Of a stretch of 64,000 bases of DNA, positions 63,481 through 64,000 are shown piece after piece. Source of the DNA: Cyanobacteriota bacterium (GTDB lineage: Bacteria > Cyanobacteriota > Cyanobacteriia > Cyanobacteriales > Nostocaceae); the NCBI GenBank assembly GCA_046045965.1, contig JBJOKS010000006.1, positions 1 through 64,000 of the forward strand, written 5' to 3'. Numbering within the stretch: position 1 is the stretch's first letter; each line of letters opens with the position of its first letter. The translations under genes were made by a program, and so were the position numbers. Below the pieces are notes generated by a model. That model had not been told where the DNA came from, did no database searches, and was given only the letters and a program-made list of their open reading frames with translations.

Positions 63481-64000
63481 ATGGATACTAAAAAGCAACA
63501 GCGCCATCCTGTTTTATTAGTACACGGTATTAATGATACTGGGGCGGTTTTCAATAAAATGGCGTTTTACCTCAAACAACGGGGATGGTCTGTTTATACC
63601 CTCGATTTAGTACCTAATAATGGTTCTGCACTTTTAGATAAGTTAGCACAGCAGGTAGCTGAATATGTAACCGCTACCTTTGCACCAGAACAACCATTAG
63701 ACATAGTGGGTTTTAGTATGGGGGGAATAGTCAGCCGTTATTATATTCAAAGATTGGGAGGAATAGAGAGAGTTAAGAGGTTTATTACTATTTCTTCACC
63801 ACATAATGGAACAAATATTGCATATTTAGCTTGGTTAAAGGGTGCTTTACAAATGCAGCCTGATAGTGATTTTTTAAATGATTTAAATTCTGATGTTGAG
63901 ATGTTGAAAAAATTGAATTTCACATCTATTTGGACACCTTATGATTTAATGATTGTACCTGCGGAAAGTTCAAGAATACCTTTTGGTAAAGAAGTTATTT
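63481..64000 (+). CDS. Alpha/beta hydrolase, lipase class 2-like (3' truncated; absent from ORF track)
   Basis: MDTKKQQRHPVLLVHGINDT..., nucleophile elbow VGFSMGG, ISSPHNGT. Confidence 0.88.
   Translation, partial: MDTKKQQRHPVLLVHGINDTGAVFNKMAFYLKQRGWSVYTLDLVPNNGSALLDKLAQQVAEYVTATFAPEQPLDIVGFSMGGIVSRYYIQRLGGIERVKRFITISSPHNGTNIAYLAWLKGALQMQPDSDFLNDLNSDVEMLKKLNFTSIWTPYDLMIVPAESSRIPFGKEVI

Overview
Chromosomal window of a filamentous cyanobacterium, probably Nostocales (Anabaena/Dolichospermum-like). The evidence is frequent HIP1 octamers (GCGATCGC), 7-bp STRR tandem repeats, hli, ferredoxin-sir and a cyanoexosortase. (1) 1-30.5 kb is a large surface/exopolysaccharide locus: about 13 glycosyltransferases, a WbsX/GH99-like protein, 5 methyltransferases, 3 hexapeptide acyltransferases, Wzy-like and Wzc proteins, an HpsJ-like protein and a cyanoexosortase A apparently fused to its associated protein. 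It also holds a MITE with a 6-bp target duplication and a frameshifted gene remnant. (2) 30.6-45.8 kb holds housekeeping genes (miaB, aspS, aroA, hli, thyX, dcd, cutA), an mrr gene bracketed by 27-bp inverted repeats, and a 1.6-kb decayed integrative element at tRNA-Arg(TCT). (3) 46.2-56.0 kb is an intact nine-gene cyanobacterial-type (MPF_C-like) type IV secretion operon with no coupling protein, relaxase or integrase beside it. It is embedded between cutA and an outer-membrane beta-barrel gene plus sir, and is the best candidate for an undescribed, domesticated system. (4) 57-64 kb holds sir, DUF29, alpha-carbonic anhydrase, rsmE, a TPR protein and a partial lipase. All product calls come from motif recognition by eye; no database searches were run.
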